From Bacteroidaceae bacterium (lineage in GTDB: Bacteria > Bacteroidota > Bacteroidia > Bacteroidales > Bacteroidaceae): a DNA stretch of 64,000 nucleotides. The notes beneath the pieces are model-generated. The model made no database searches and had not been told where the DNA came from. It saw only the letters and a program-made list of their open reading frames with translations. Numbering within the stretch: position 1 is the stretch's first letter; the number at the start of each line of letters is the position of its first letter. Of this stretch, positions 9,148 through 19,348 are shown piece by piece. The stretch spans positions 3,692,997-3,756,996 of the forward strand of contig OY762866.2 of NCBI GenBank assembly GCA_963666495.2, in the 5' to 3' direction. A program made the translations under genes and the position numbers.

Positions 9148-12100
9148 TCATTCATCAAACGGGCAAGTCTCTAACAAATAAATGGCATCCAAACTCCATG
9201 TGGCTACATCATTAGTACTCACAAATGGAATCTCATCAATTGGAGCAGGCACTTCCGGTGGCAAGATACTAGAAGTTTTGAGAGGTGGTAATGTTTTGTT
9301 TTTACCCCAACGCAATAAATCATTCCAGGCCTCTTTACCCATTTCTGGCTTCTGCATATTATAAGCAGCATAACCTAACAATCGGGAAATACGGAAACGA
9401 TTATTACTGATCTCTGCTGCTTTTTTCTTATAATTTGCAGCATGATCCAGCCATACCTTATTCCATTCCGGCACATTTACCATTCTTTGTAATTCATTCA
9501 TAATCTCAAAGCCACCCATTATAGTCATCAGATGATTTGTATTTTGCATTGCCGAGTCACCTTCATAGGTTATCATTCCTGTAGCAGGATCAAACCCTAA
9601 AGCTTTCGGTCCGGTAAACAATCCATGCTTTAAAGATGCAATACTTTTCATTCCAGTAAGAATCTTATCCCGGTAAGTAGTATTGCGCGTACGCTCCCAC
9701 TCTGTCATCCAATTGCCTGCATACGCCAACCAATCAGGACCAATCCGCAAACGAGCCGGAGCAGTACAAGGATAAAGACTACGAGGTTCTGCCAAACGCA
9801 TCGGATCTAATGTATATAGTTTCTGCTCAGCATCTTTAACCTCTTTCATCAAATCACCGCAACGTTCGTCGGTTGTCAGATAATAATAAAAGCGATTCCA
9901 AGCAGCCTGACTAATACGTGCTTCTTTCGCACCGCATCCCCAGTGGCTTACATTATGACGACTTCCTAATCCCGCGTTTTCTCCTATATGATAAACATCA
10001 ACTTCAGCAGTATGCCGTGTCATTGCTTTAGCCATCTTCCAGATATCAGCACGTCCGGTACGCAGGAAATTATACCATAACCACATATTTGAGCCTAATT
10101 CAGTATTATCCCAGGCAAATCCCCCAACGTCGTACCGCCATTCATGCCGAGCAGGATCGTAAGCATGCATTACATCTCCGTAATTCCAGAAGCCATACCA
10201 TTTATTTTGTTCTATAGCTTTCTGGTAAAAGTCTATATATCCATTCAATCTATCTTCAATTTTAGCACGGAAAGGAGTACTATTATCAGGCAAACTCCAT
10301 ACTCCAAAAGCTTCTTGTCGTTGCAAGTACTCAGGAGAACACATTAAAGGCGAATCGGCCGATAGAGCTTTTGCTATTTTTGCAATACCTGCTTTACCGG
10401 GATATGCAGATTGAGGAACAATTGTCAGTGTATGTGTACGTGCTATACCATAAGGCGTACTTAATCCTTCCTGCACATCTTCGTAACTAGCATTCAAATC
10501 ATGAGCAACTTTATCATAATGGCGCAAGTCCATAGCTTCTGCGTCAGGACTCCATAGCCACATTGTGATTGCTGCTGTATCTTTTCGTGCATTATCAACT
10601 TCGAGAGAAGATGGATAAGACTGCCAAAAATCGTGTAGACAAACTCCTAGCCCACCACTGACATCACCTGCAAATACATATCCATTGGAACGGGTTCCAG
10701 AGAAAGTACCTATCCAGGGATTATCATCTGTAGCACGTTTACGGATACTGAAAGCATCAGCATTTAATTGAGACAAGCGAAAGCCGTCCCATGATGCCCA
10801 CTTATCAAGCAAATCGCGGTTCTCGGCATCAAACTTTTCATATTCAGGAATACGTTTGCCTTCCATCTGTTGTTGCTGAAGAGTATTATCTCCATTTAAA
10901 GTCAGAACACGTCTTCCAACTAAAGGTTGTACCGGTTCACTCCATATTCCGCCCTCAGCTCCCGAAAATGCAATATGACGATTATACACGGCTTCACGCA
11001 TAGGTACTTCAAAGCGTATACCAAGAGAGTGAATATAATCTTTATTCTGATCGCCATCATAAACAAAAGTATGTACCATCTTTATCTGATCACTGCCTTT
11101 ATATAGATAAAAACGGATAGTAAAAGGCAATAATTCACGACCATTTGTTTTATGCACTCCTTCTATTTTCACAACTATGCGTACAGCACCATTCTGTTCA
11201 ATTTCAACCTTCTTTATTTCACTCTGATAGTTGGTAAAATGAATCTGATCTGTATTTTCGGCCAAAGGTTTATCCTGTGTCTGGCAAATCGAATAAGCTC
11301 TACCTCCTACCTTAACATCGCCATACCAAAGACCGTCTAATAAATATTCACCAGTCTTAGGAAATACAGCCTTAATTATACCTGTATTTACCTCAAAAGT
11401 ATTGTTTTTACTAACAACAGGCATTAACTCTGCCTTTTTCTTTGATGCTTCATTAATCTGCAGTTTTAACTGATTAGTTGAAGCAGGTATCACAGCCGAT
11501 ACCCCACCCCACTTTACTGAACCATCAGGCCAATAAGCCAATGGCCACATATCTGCCGAAAGTTGTTTTCCATCAGCTGAAAAAAGAGCAATAGTTTTAT
11601 TCTGAGTGAGATTACCTTGAGTAAATGGAACTCCAAAGCTTACCGGTGTATTAATTGATGGTACATCGCCTATCCACTTCAGACTGACAGGTTCCTTTTC
11701 GACATTACTGCAAGTATACTGGAAATTTGTAATACGAGTACGGGATAAAGTTGTACGGAAACCAAACCAGCCGGAGGTAAGTTGATTAGCATCACGGAAG
11801 TCAACCAAACGTTTGCCATTCATATAATAGCTCACCTTATTGCCTTTGCTCATAATTTTAATATGATACCATTTATTAGGTTTAAGCAAATGTTCGCTAT
11901 CAGTATATTCACGTAAAATAGCCGGTTGAAAAGCTTTATCTTTTATACTGCGTTCATCTCCGTTATATCGGCGGAAACGTGTTGTTGAACTACTATTTCC
12001 CCCATATCCCAAATAGTAGAGCTGCAAAGAATAGCAATTCATAAAGATACCATTACGCCAGCTCTTTCTTTTCAGGATATCATTTGGGTATTTAGGATCG

Positions 12101-12408
12101 GATGCCATCCAGAAACAATTCAGGTCGCTCAACCGATCTCCTTTTTTACCTTCATCCATTACACAAGCGTCATATTCTATTGTAGTTTCACCATTCATCT
12201 TTTCCTTGCGCCACAGAGTAAGTCCTTTCGGTGAAAGAATTTCCACAGTATCGCCCAGAAAAGTTATTTTGTAATCTGGCGACTCAGATTCCACACTCCA
12301 GAATTTATTAAATTGTCGGGCATTTAAAGCCGACAACTGTTTAGTTTGAGCTGATGAAATAAAAGGAACCAAACAAAAACCGAGAATCCAAAATAATCTA
12401 TTTTTCAT
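9148..12408 (-). CDS. Exported two-module protein: N-terminal DUF6250-like domain fused to exo-rhamnogalacturonan lyase (PL26/YetA-like)
   Basis: N-terminal SDLNCFWMASDP..YYLGYGGN..TRFRRY resembles DUF6250. C-terminal WPLAYWPDGSVKW, WYGFWNYGDVMH, AWDNTEL and RHNVSHWGC resemble PcRGLX/YetA lyases. Signal peptide present. Confidence 0.7.
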   Translation of the reverse strand: MKNRLFWILGFCLVPFISSAQTKQLSALNARQFNKFWSVESESPDYKITFLGDTVEILSPKGLTLWRKEKMNGETTIEYDACVMDEGKKGDRLSDLNCFWMASDPKYPNDILKRKSWRNGIFMNCYSLQLYYLGYGGNSSSTTRFRRYNGDERSIKDKAFQPAILREYTDSEHLLKPNKWYHIKIMSKGNKVSYYMNGKRLVDFRDANQLTSGWFGFRTTLSRTRITNFQYTCSNVEKEPVSLKWIGDVPSINTPVSFGVPFTQGNLTQNKTIALFSADGKQLSADMWPLAYWPDGSVKWGGVSAVIPASTNQLKLQINEASKKKAELMPVVSKNNTFEVNTGIIKAVFPKTGEYLLDGLWYGDVKVGGRAYSICQTQDKPLAENTDQIHFTNYQSEIKKVEIEQNGAVRIVVKIEGVHKTNGRELLPFTIRFYLYKGSDQIKMVHTFVYDGDQNKDYIHSLGIRFEVPMREAVYNRHIAFSGAEGGIWSEPVQPLVGRRVLTLNGDNTLQQQQMEGKRIPEYEKFDAENRDLLDKWASWDGFRLSQLNADAFSIRKRATDDNPWIGTFSGTRSNGYVFAGDVSGGLGVCLHDFWQSYPSSLEVDNARKDTAAITMWLWSPDAEAMDLRHYDKVAHDLNASYEDVQEGLSTPYGIARTHTLTIVPQSAYPGKAGIAKIAKALSADSPLMCSPEYLQRQEAFGVWSLPDNSTPFRAKIEDRLNGYIDFYQKAIEQNKWYGFWNYGDVMHAYDPARHEWRYDVGGFAWDNTELGSNMWLWYNFLRTGRADIWKMAKAMTRHTAEVDVYHIGENAGLGSRHNVSHWGCGAKEARISQAAWNRFYYYLTTDERCGDLMKEVKDAEQKLYTLDPMRLAEPRSLYPCTAPARLRIGPDWLAYAGNWMTEWERTRNTTYRDKILTGMKSIASLKHGLFTGPKALGFDPATGMITYEGDSAMQNTNHLMTIMGGFEIMNELQRMVNVPEWNKVWLDHAANYKKKAAEISNNRFRISRLLGYAAYNMQKPEMGKEAWNDLLRWGKNKTLPPLKTSSILPPEVPAPIDEIPFVSTNDVATWSLDAIYLLETCPFDE

Positions 12409-12426
12409 TCTAAAGTAACTATTAAA

Positions 12427-14286
12427 CTATTCACCTAAATAATATGAAGGTACAGGTGCTTGCGGATAACCCATAGAACGATGTGCAACATAACTACGGT
12501 AAACGCCATCCTGCATCAAAGTGATTCTACGATCTTTTGCCGGTATATTAGTTGTATATATACGAAGTTCACCCGGTAATGAGGTAACGACCTCTTCACG
12601 CCAGTCGCCATATAAATCTCCAATCAGTTGAATATCGCCTTCTATACCTTCAGTAAGAGTTTTGCCTTTCCATTCTGTAACACTTAAAGATTTGCCATTA
12701 GAAGAAGAACTTGCTCCCCAGCGGTTATCGTCACCTTTAAATGTTTCTCTGGCAAGGTCTGCATTCCACCATATCCAGTTGCGACATGAAGGAACATCTT
12801 CATTTTTACCCAAAGATTTACCATCAGCAGATAATAAGTATTTGTCACTGCTTCCTCCTTTTTTATCTTCAGAGGCAAAGCATTCCAAACCTTTATGAGC
12901 AGGATCAATATCAGCAACCATTCCATCGCCAACATGAAATGTTTTATGTCCGATGTTCCATACCTGTTTTCCGGTTTTAGCATCTACTACACAAACACCT
13001 CTGCCATTGTCTTGCCAAGGTTCCAAAGCAAGAAAGACTTCCATTCCCGGTCGATTTGGATCAATATCAGTTAAATAACATTTATCAGGATGTCCCAAAC
13101 CAGCCGACCACAATAAAGTTCCATTATCATCAAGCATGCAGGAACCTAATAATATTTCATCACGTCCATCTCCATCAACATCACCGCAAACCATATTATG
13201 AGATCCCATGCTACGCACTACCGGATTTTCTTCATCCCCATTCCAGCGCCATGCACGTTCAAGTTTATTGCCATTAAGTTGCCATGCATCCACCACCATT
13301 AGTTTATACGTGCCACGACAAGCCAGGATATAAGGTGTTTTACCATCCAGAAAAGCCATACCTATCTGGTTGCGATTCTGGCGAACTAAGTTACCATAGC
13401 TAAAATTTCTTTCCGGCCAATCTACTCTTGTTATCTCTTTTCCGGTCATACCATCAAGAATGCTCAAATATTCCTCTCCTGAATCAATACGTCCCTTTTC
13501 GTTTCGCTTAGCATTATCCGGTGCTGTTTTTAGAGCAATCTCAGCTTTTCCATCGCCATTAAAATCGTAAGCTACAAATGGTGAATACCAAATACCAGGT
13601 TCTATGCCTTGCCCTAAATCTTTTGACCACAAGAAAGTTCCATCATTGAGGTAAGCTTCAATCTGAAATGTTTTTCCATCCAGATTTCCAGGCATTCCCG
13701 GATCAACGTTCATATCTGGTGTACGGATTATGTAATCGTAAGTTCCATCTCCATTCAGATCAGCAACTGCAATTTTCCCTACTTTCACAGAACGGTTAAG
13801 CTTGATTGAATGATAATTCTTCAAAGAAGCAAAATTCACATCCAGTTTATCTGATAATGATTTTTCTTTTCCATTTCTATCCAGAACACTAATCCAATAT
13901 TGAGCTTTTCCCGCTGAAAAAGTTTTGTCTGTAAAATCACAAGTAGCAGTTAATGGCTTCTTTGTTAATCGCTGTATTTTTCCATTTAAATTACGATAAA
14001 GATGAAAAGACACATCATTTCCATCTTGTTCTAAAAGTCGCCAACTAAGATAAACACCTTTACCATCAGTAGCCGGAACTGCAGTCAGCCCACGATTGAG
14101 GCTTTCCTTGATTTTATTAGTTGCAAAACCATTCACTGCTGGTTTTGGTTCATGACTGGGTTGCAATATCTCATAATAATAATTGCGTTCACGGGGATCT
14201 TGTGCATGCAAATTTCCAGCAACACATAATAAGACTCCGCAAAAAAGTAGATGTGCAGATTTCATAATTTCTATATTCATTAACAA
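12427..14286 (-). CDS. Rhamnogalacturonan lyase, PL11 (YesW/YesX-like)
   Basis: LNRGLTAV..GVYLSWRLL, repeated DxNGDG Ca-binding loops, YSPFVAYDFNGDGKAE, GDLYGDWREEV, LMQDGVYR..Y.Q.P.PSYYLG. Confidence 0.85.
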   Translation of the reverse strand: MLMNIEIMKSAHLLFCGVLLCVAGNLHAQDPRERNYYYEILQPSHEPKPAVNGFATNKIKESLNRGLTAVPATDGKGVYLSWRLLEQDGNDVSFHLYRNLNGKIQRLTKKPLTATCDFTDKTFSAGKAQYWISVLDRNGKEKSLSDKLDVNFASLKNYHSIKLNRSVKVGKIAVADLNGDGTYDYIIRTPDMNVDPGMPGNLDGKTFQIEAYLNDGTFLWSKDLGQGIEPGIWYSPFVAYDFNGDGKAEIALKTAPDNAKRNEKGRIDSGEEYLSILDGMTGKEITRVDWPERNFSYGNLVRQNRNQIGMAFLDGKTPYILACRGTYKLMVVDAWQLNGNKLERAWRWNGDEENPVVRSMGSHNMVCGDVDGDGRDEILLGSCMLDDNGTLLWSAGLGHPDKCYLTDIDPNRPGMEVFLALEPWQDNGRGVCVVDAKTGKQVWNIGHKTFHVGDGMVADIDPAHKGLECFASEDKKGGSSDKYLLSADGKSLGKNEDVPSCRNWIWWNADLARETFKGDDNRWGASSSSNGKSLSVTEWKGKTLTEGIEGDIQLIGDLYGDWREEVVTSLPGELRIYTTNIPAKDRRITLMQDGVYRSYVAHRSMGYPQAPVPSYYLGE

Positions 14287-14303
14287 AGTAAGTTATCTTT
14301 CAA

Positions 14304-14311
14304 CAAAAGTA
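14304..14311 (-). promoter_or_regulatory. -7 box (TACTTTTG) for the PL11-PL26 operon
   Basis: CAAAAGTA on the + strand just upstream of the PL11 start. Confidence 0.5.
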
Positions 14312-14899
14312 AATCACTACCCTGCATTATACAATAGAATATAGTACACAGAGATTAAATATTATACTAAAAAAAAGATTCATTCGCATTTGAGTAGGTG
14401 TTTTGTTATTGAACAGCAAGTACTTAATAAAATAGCACAGTCTTTATTAGTATTTGAAGCAATGCCATAATTGCAGTTATGAATTTCCCGAAACGACTAG
14501 AGGCAGACTGAATCAAATCAATTATTAAACATTAATGAGTAAAATATGCTATATGGTTAAATAGCTATATTTTTCAAAATGAATATTCTTTAATATAAAT
14601 GTATTGTATTCCATTTTTAAAACAAATAACATATAATACTTTTGCAATCATTGAAACAAACAAATAGTAAGTCTCTATTTAAAGGGCGTTATCTTATATT
14701 ATTAAACAGACATTAGTGTATAAAATAGAATTCAAATATTAAAATAAACTTTAGGTGTTTTAGGGTATAGATTATTTAGGGAAACGGATTAATAGATTAA
14801 ATTTATAGAAAGGAGTGGTCGTGAGATTACTCCTTTTTCATTAATTGATTTTATATTTTATTTTTGATTTTAAAATTCCGCCAAATAAGTATTTCAAAA

Positions 14900-14933
14900 A
14901 AAAGAGCCAAACTTTTACAAGTTTGGCTCTTTT
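14900..14933 (-). terminator. Terminator downstream of the GH43 gene
   Basis: AAAAGAGCCAAAC-8 nt-GTTTGGCTCTTTT, a perfect 13-bp stem. Confidence 0.75.
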
Positions 14934-14971
14934 ATATCTTATAGCAGACCTAATAAAGTTTATTTGCTATC

Positions 14972-16900
14972 TTAATTAGTAGGTATTACACGCTTTATTG
15001 TTCCGTCTTCATTAAACATGAGCCTATCAATACAAACTTCACGATGGTATCCAGGTCCATTTTCTTTATTCAGATAATTCTTGTTGATACGATGATAAAC
15101 AATATACCATTCGTCACTTCCAGGAATATTTAAAATTGAATTATGTGCCGGACCGTAAATCTCGTTCTTTGCATCTTGTATTAAAACGATAGGATCTTTA
15201 GCCACCTCTATCGGACCAATAGGTGAAGTACTAGTTCCATACGCTACGTGATAATTTGGTGAACCTGTATCATCAACCGACCAAAGGAAATAATAGAGTC
15301 CATTTCTATAAAATACGTAAGAAGCTTCACGAAAAGCATAATTCTCCAAAGTTCCACCTTGAGGAGTTAATACTTTTGTAGTACCTTCTTTGAGTGATGT
15401 CATATCATCGTTAAGCTCAGCCACTGCCATATAACCATTACCCCAATATAGATAACTCTTACCCGATTTTGGATCAGTGAATACATCCACATCAATTTGC
15501 TGACCTTTTCCCACAGGTGATGTTGTAACGATAGGATATCCTAAGTCAGTAAAAGGTCCTGTAGGAGAATCTGACGTAGCAACACCTATTTGCTTTCTAT
15601 TTGCTTCTTTGCAATTAGCACTAAAGTAAAAGAAGTATTTATATTTTCCATTAATGAGTTTCTCTTCAATACAAGGTGCCCAAGCATTACCGTCAGCCCA
15701 CTTTACCTGATCTGTTTTTACATCAATAATTGTTCCTTCATCTTTCCAGTCTTTCAAATTTATTGATGAGAAAACATTAAATGAATGTCCACCCCATCCT
15801 GATACTCCATCTGTTGTTGGATAAATATAATATTTACCTGTCTTGTGTGAATAAAGAACTTCAGGATCGGCATGGAATCCCGGAATTATAGGATTAGATT
15901 GTTTGCTTTCTGTTATGCCCCATTTTGCAATCAAAGCATCTTTTTCCTTTTTAGTTATAGGAATAATAGTTCCGTGACGAGGATGAAAATTCATAGAGAT
16001 ATTATTATCAATAACTTTAAAGTGATCTAAATCGGTACTTTCGGTAAACTGATATTTTCCTTTCATGTACACATCATACATGAGAATATATTTATCAGAA
16101 TTGATTAGCTTAAATATTCCAGAACCTTCTACAGATTCTTTAGTCTGTTGTTTATAATCACTTGATTCTGTCCATTTTCCAGAGGTAAGAGAAGAAGTTG
16201 TTGCTTTCTTTATACCATTGCCATGTCCTTCTGTTTTATAAAATAAATGATATAATCCATCTTTATAGATAATATCACCATCAATGCACGACAGTTTGTT
16301 TTGAGGAATAAACAAAGGTTTCGGAGTTCCTTCAATATCAGTAAAATCTTTATTGGCATATGCATAATAAATAACATCCGGATTTTCGCCATACTTCATT
16401 GACCAGTACACCATATACTTACCAGCCTTTTTATCATAGATAGTTTGTGGTGCCCAAACCCGAAGCAGATCTTCCTGTCCTTTATACTTTTTCTGAATAT
16501 TAACTACATTAGATTTCCAATTAATGAGATCGGTAGATTTAAGCAATATCATTGCTCTGTTAGAGCTCCAGCCGTTAGCTGCCACCATATCTGTAAGTAC
16601 CATATAAAAAGTCTTTCCATCTTCCCCACGCAAGATATGCGGATCTCGCACCCCTCCGGTAGAACTGATAGTTTTTGAACTGATCACTGGCTTATTGTTG
16701 TTCAAAGCTTTGTAGTTATATCCATCGTCACTAATGGCATAACGAACAGATTCTTCATCTCCATTATTGCCAGTGAAATAGACAAAAAGGTAAGCACTGC
16801 AATTATTAGCTTTTTTGCTGGTAGTAATTGCAGCTTTTCCAGAGAAAGTTAAAAAGAAGAATAATAAAAGTAGAGTTGCATTTTTCATTTCATATTTCAT
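14972..16900 (-). CDS. Exported glycoside hydrolase with two GH43 domains
   Basis: Domain 1: RDPHILRG, WAPQ, IDGDII, EGSGIF. Domain 2: NPIIPGFHADPEV, WAPCI, IDVDVF, REASYV, GPAHNSI. Confidence 0.85.
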   Translation of the reverse strand: MKYEMKNATLLLLFFFLTFSGKAAITTSKKANNCSAYLFVYFTGNNGDEESVRYAISDDGYNYKALNNNKPVISSKTISSTGGVRDPHILRGEDGKTFYMVLTDMVAANGWSSNRAMILLKSTDLINWKSNVVNIQKKYKGQEDLLRVWAPQTIYDKKAGKYMVYWSMKYGENPDVIYYAYANKDFTDIEGTPKPLFIPQNKLSCIDGDIIYKDGLYHLFYKTEGHGNGIKKATTSSLTSGKWTESSDYKQQTKESVEGSGIFKLINSDKYILMYDVYMKGKYQFTESTDLDHFKVIDNNISMNFHPRHGTIIPITKKEKDALIAKWGITESKQSNPIIPGFHADPEVLYSHKTGKYYIYPTTDGVSGWGGHSFNVFSSINLKDWKDEGTIIDVKTDQVKWADGNAWAPCIEEKLINGKYKYFFYFSANCKEANRKQIGVATSDSPTGPFTDLGYPIVTTSPVGKGQQIDVDVFTDPKSGKSYLYWGNGYMAVAELNDDMTSLKEGTTKVLTPQGGTLENYAFREASYVFYRNGLYYFLWSVDDTGSPNYHVAYGTSTSPIGPIEVAKDPIVLIQDAKNEIYGPAHNSILNIPGSDEWYIVYHRINKNYLNKENGPGYHREVCIDRLMFNEDGTIKRVIPTN

Positions 16901-17156
16901 TTTTAAATAAATACAGTTTAAGAAGTCCCAGATACATAAATATCTTTGAAAATCTTGTTGTTAATAGAAACCGAGTTTACTTCGGAATTATTTCATAATT
17001 ATTATTTTATGCCGTAGATGTACAGCATGTGAGAATGAATAGAACAATAAATTTGTTTCTCCATAATCGATTTTTACAGGACACAAATATAATAAAAATC
17101 AAGCTAGCTCAGATTAACTATGCCAGCTTGATTTTATACTCAACGCTCTTTTTTAT

Positions 17157-18353
17157 TTATTTAAAAGTATAAATGCTTATTTTATTCCAGATATTATTAA
17201 TTGGTGCAGATTGTTTATTGCCACTGAAGTTCATTATTGTAAAGCGATTTGCAGGAATATTATATTTTTCACTCAACACTTTAATAACAGCTTCAGCACG
17301 TTTTTTACTTACCTGCAAATTAATATCAGCTGTACTTGCTTTTACATCTGTATAACTTGCTATTGTAACCTGCTTTTCACGATATTTCATCATATATTGT
17401 GCTACTGTATAAAGATTAAACTCCTGATCTGTTTCAATTGTAGATTTTCCAGTCCGGAAAACAATCACAGAAATCAGCACCGTATCTTTCAAGGCAGATT
17501 CATTATCAACAAAGGTATTCTTTTCAGTTTCTGTAATTTGCTTATTTTCATAACGCACCTTGTACCCTTCCAATTGTTCTCTAAGTTCCTTATTCTGATT
17601 ATTCAATATTTGAATTTCTCCTCGCAACTCATTATTCCGTTCATTCAAAGACTGAATTAAAATGGGATCAACAGGATCAACAAGAGCAAAGCCCCTATTT
17701 TTGAAACGATAAGTAAAGCCTGCCAAGAGATTAAGAGTTACATCATTATAAGTCTTCCATTTCTCCTGACCATTAAAATCATCGCGCAGCAGATTACCAT
17801 TTGCTTCTATATTAAAACTCCAGGCATCACTAAGACGAATATCTGCTTGTAATCCTAACCGTATAGAGCCGCTATTCGATGATTTCAAAGTATGTTGCTG
17901 AGGTTCGAACTGTGTTGATACATATACATTCTGATTTTTAAAAGTATGCACAAAGCCAGCTCCTAGGATACCTATAAGATTGAATCCTCTATTTTCTCTG
18001 TATGATCTGAATATATTACTCATATTAAACAATACATCTAAGTTTGCATTAATATAAGTAACATTATAAAGAGCTCCAACAATATTATTCTTCGAAGTCC
18101 ATCCTCCAATCTGAAAACGAGTACCGACTTCGGGAGAAAAGAATTTTCCTATATTTAAAGCTGCAGTTGGACTCAACTTACCGGAGAAAGAAGAGTAAGC
18201 CTGGCACTCACTAAACGTATATTGTCCTCCCATCTGCAACTGTAGAAACCAATTATCCCAATATCCATACTGCTTTAAAGTTTTTTCCCGTTCCTGAGCA
18301 AAACTCATTGCAGTAAAAATGGCTACTGCCAACAGAAAAAATACTTTTTTCAT
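17157..18353 (-). CDS. OmpA family outer membrane protein
   Basis: N-terminal barrel (WFLQLQMGGQY, LNLLAGFTYRF), coiled-coil linker, C-terminal OmpA-like F..GKS.I..YTD..N..VSKKRA. Confidence 0.85.
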   Translation of the reverse strand: MKKVFFLLAVAIFTAMSFAQEREKTLKQYGYWDNWFLQLQMGGQYTFSECQAYSSFSGKLSPTAALNIGKFFSPEVGTRFQIGGWTSKNNIVGALYNVTYINANLDVLFNMSNIFRSYRENRGFNLIGILGAGFVHTFKNQNVYVSTQFEPQQHTLKSSNSGSIRLGLQADIRLSDAWSFNIEANGNLLRDDFNGQEKWKTYNDVTLNLLAGFTYRFKNRGFALVDPVDPILIQSLNERNNELRGEIQILNNQNKELREQLEGYKVRYENKQITETEKNTFVDNESALKDTVLISVIVFRTGKSTIETDQEFNLYTVAQYMMKYREKQVTIASYTDVKASTADINLQVSKKRAEAVIKVLSEKYNIPANRFTIMNFSGNKQSAPINNIWNKISIYTFK

Positions 18354-18489
18354 AGTTCTTTATTTAATCATTAATAAAACTATATATAAAACACACAAGT
18401 ATTGATTATTGTTAAACGCTAACTACTCTTTTTTGAGATTCTAACGAATAAAGAGATAAAAAGAATAAAACAAGAAAGAATTATATTTT

Positions 18490-18590
18490 GATGTACATCA
18501 AAGAGGTATTTAGATATACATCAAAAGAGTGCTTTGATATACATCAAAACAATGATTAGATGTACATCAAAAACAAATTAAGATACATCT
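18490..18590. repeat. Array of palindromic GAT(G/A)TACATC units at 23-bp period
   Basis: Units at 18490, 18513, 18536 and 18559, plus a degenerate fifth near 18582. Confidence 0.85.
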
Positions 18591-18868
18591 AAAGACAGAA
18601 CTTCTCTTGTAAAATAACAAATCATCTTCATATAAATTACTAAACAAACAAGTCCAATAATATTTTTAAGAATGAGTAATTTATAAAACTCATATTTAAA
18701 ACAAAATAACTAGAAAAATACTTATATATAATTGTTATTTATTTGAGAAATTATTACTTATTTTGTCATGCATTTTTAGCGTTTAAATTTTGATAATAGT
18801 AACTAAGCCTTAAAATGCAGGATTCTAGAAGATTACAAAAACTACACATAGATTAAAAACGAACTATC

Positions 18869-19204
18869 ATGAAAAAATTTATTTTATTCTTCTGTTTGAC
18901 AATTGTTTTATCATCATGCAAAATTCTGAACTTCGGGCATAATATAATGCTTATAGAACAAGGGATGACAAAGAATGAGGTTCTAAAGATTTTAGGAGAG
19001 CCTAGCGACAGACAATTTCAAGAAACTGAAGAATCATGGAGATATATTGATCCGCTTGCGGGTTCAACAACTTCAACTCAATATTATATTGTTTGGTTTG
19101 AGAATAACATCGTTACAAGCTTAACTACATACAACGAACCTTTGCCAAATACTCAGAATAATAATTCACATTACGACAGACGTAATCATATAGACAGAAG
19201 ATAA
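18869..19204 (+). CDS. Small lipoprotein, BamE/SmpA-OmlA-like domain
   Basis: Lipobox LSSC; IEQGMTKNEVLKILGEP..EESWRY..YYIVWFENNIV pattern. Confidence 0.65.
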   Translation: MKKFILFFCLTIVLSSCKILNFGHNIMLIEQGMTKNEVLKILGEPSDRQFQETEESWRYIDPLAGSTTSTQYYIVWFENNIVTSLTTYNEPLPNTQNNNSHYDRRNHIDRR

Positions 19205-19348
19205 ATAGCTCTTTTTACATTTCTTTTTAAAGCCAGATAATAAGATTTATACAAATTAAAAAACATAATATATAAATAGAACGCTCTTTTATATTATTAT
19301 TTTTGAAACGTATATTTTGTTTTCAATATGACTAAAAACAAGAAGATT

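Noticed and set aside
18490-18590. CRISPR array (also considered for 39881, 53211 and 63713)
   Set aside because: The period of 22-23 bp leaves linkers of about 10 bp, far shorter than spacers; only four units; no cas genes or leader.
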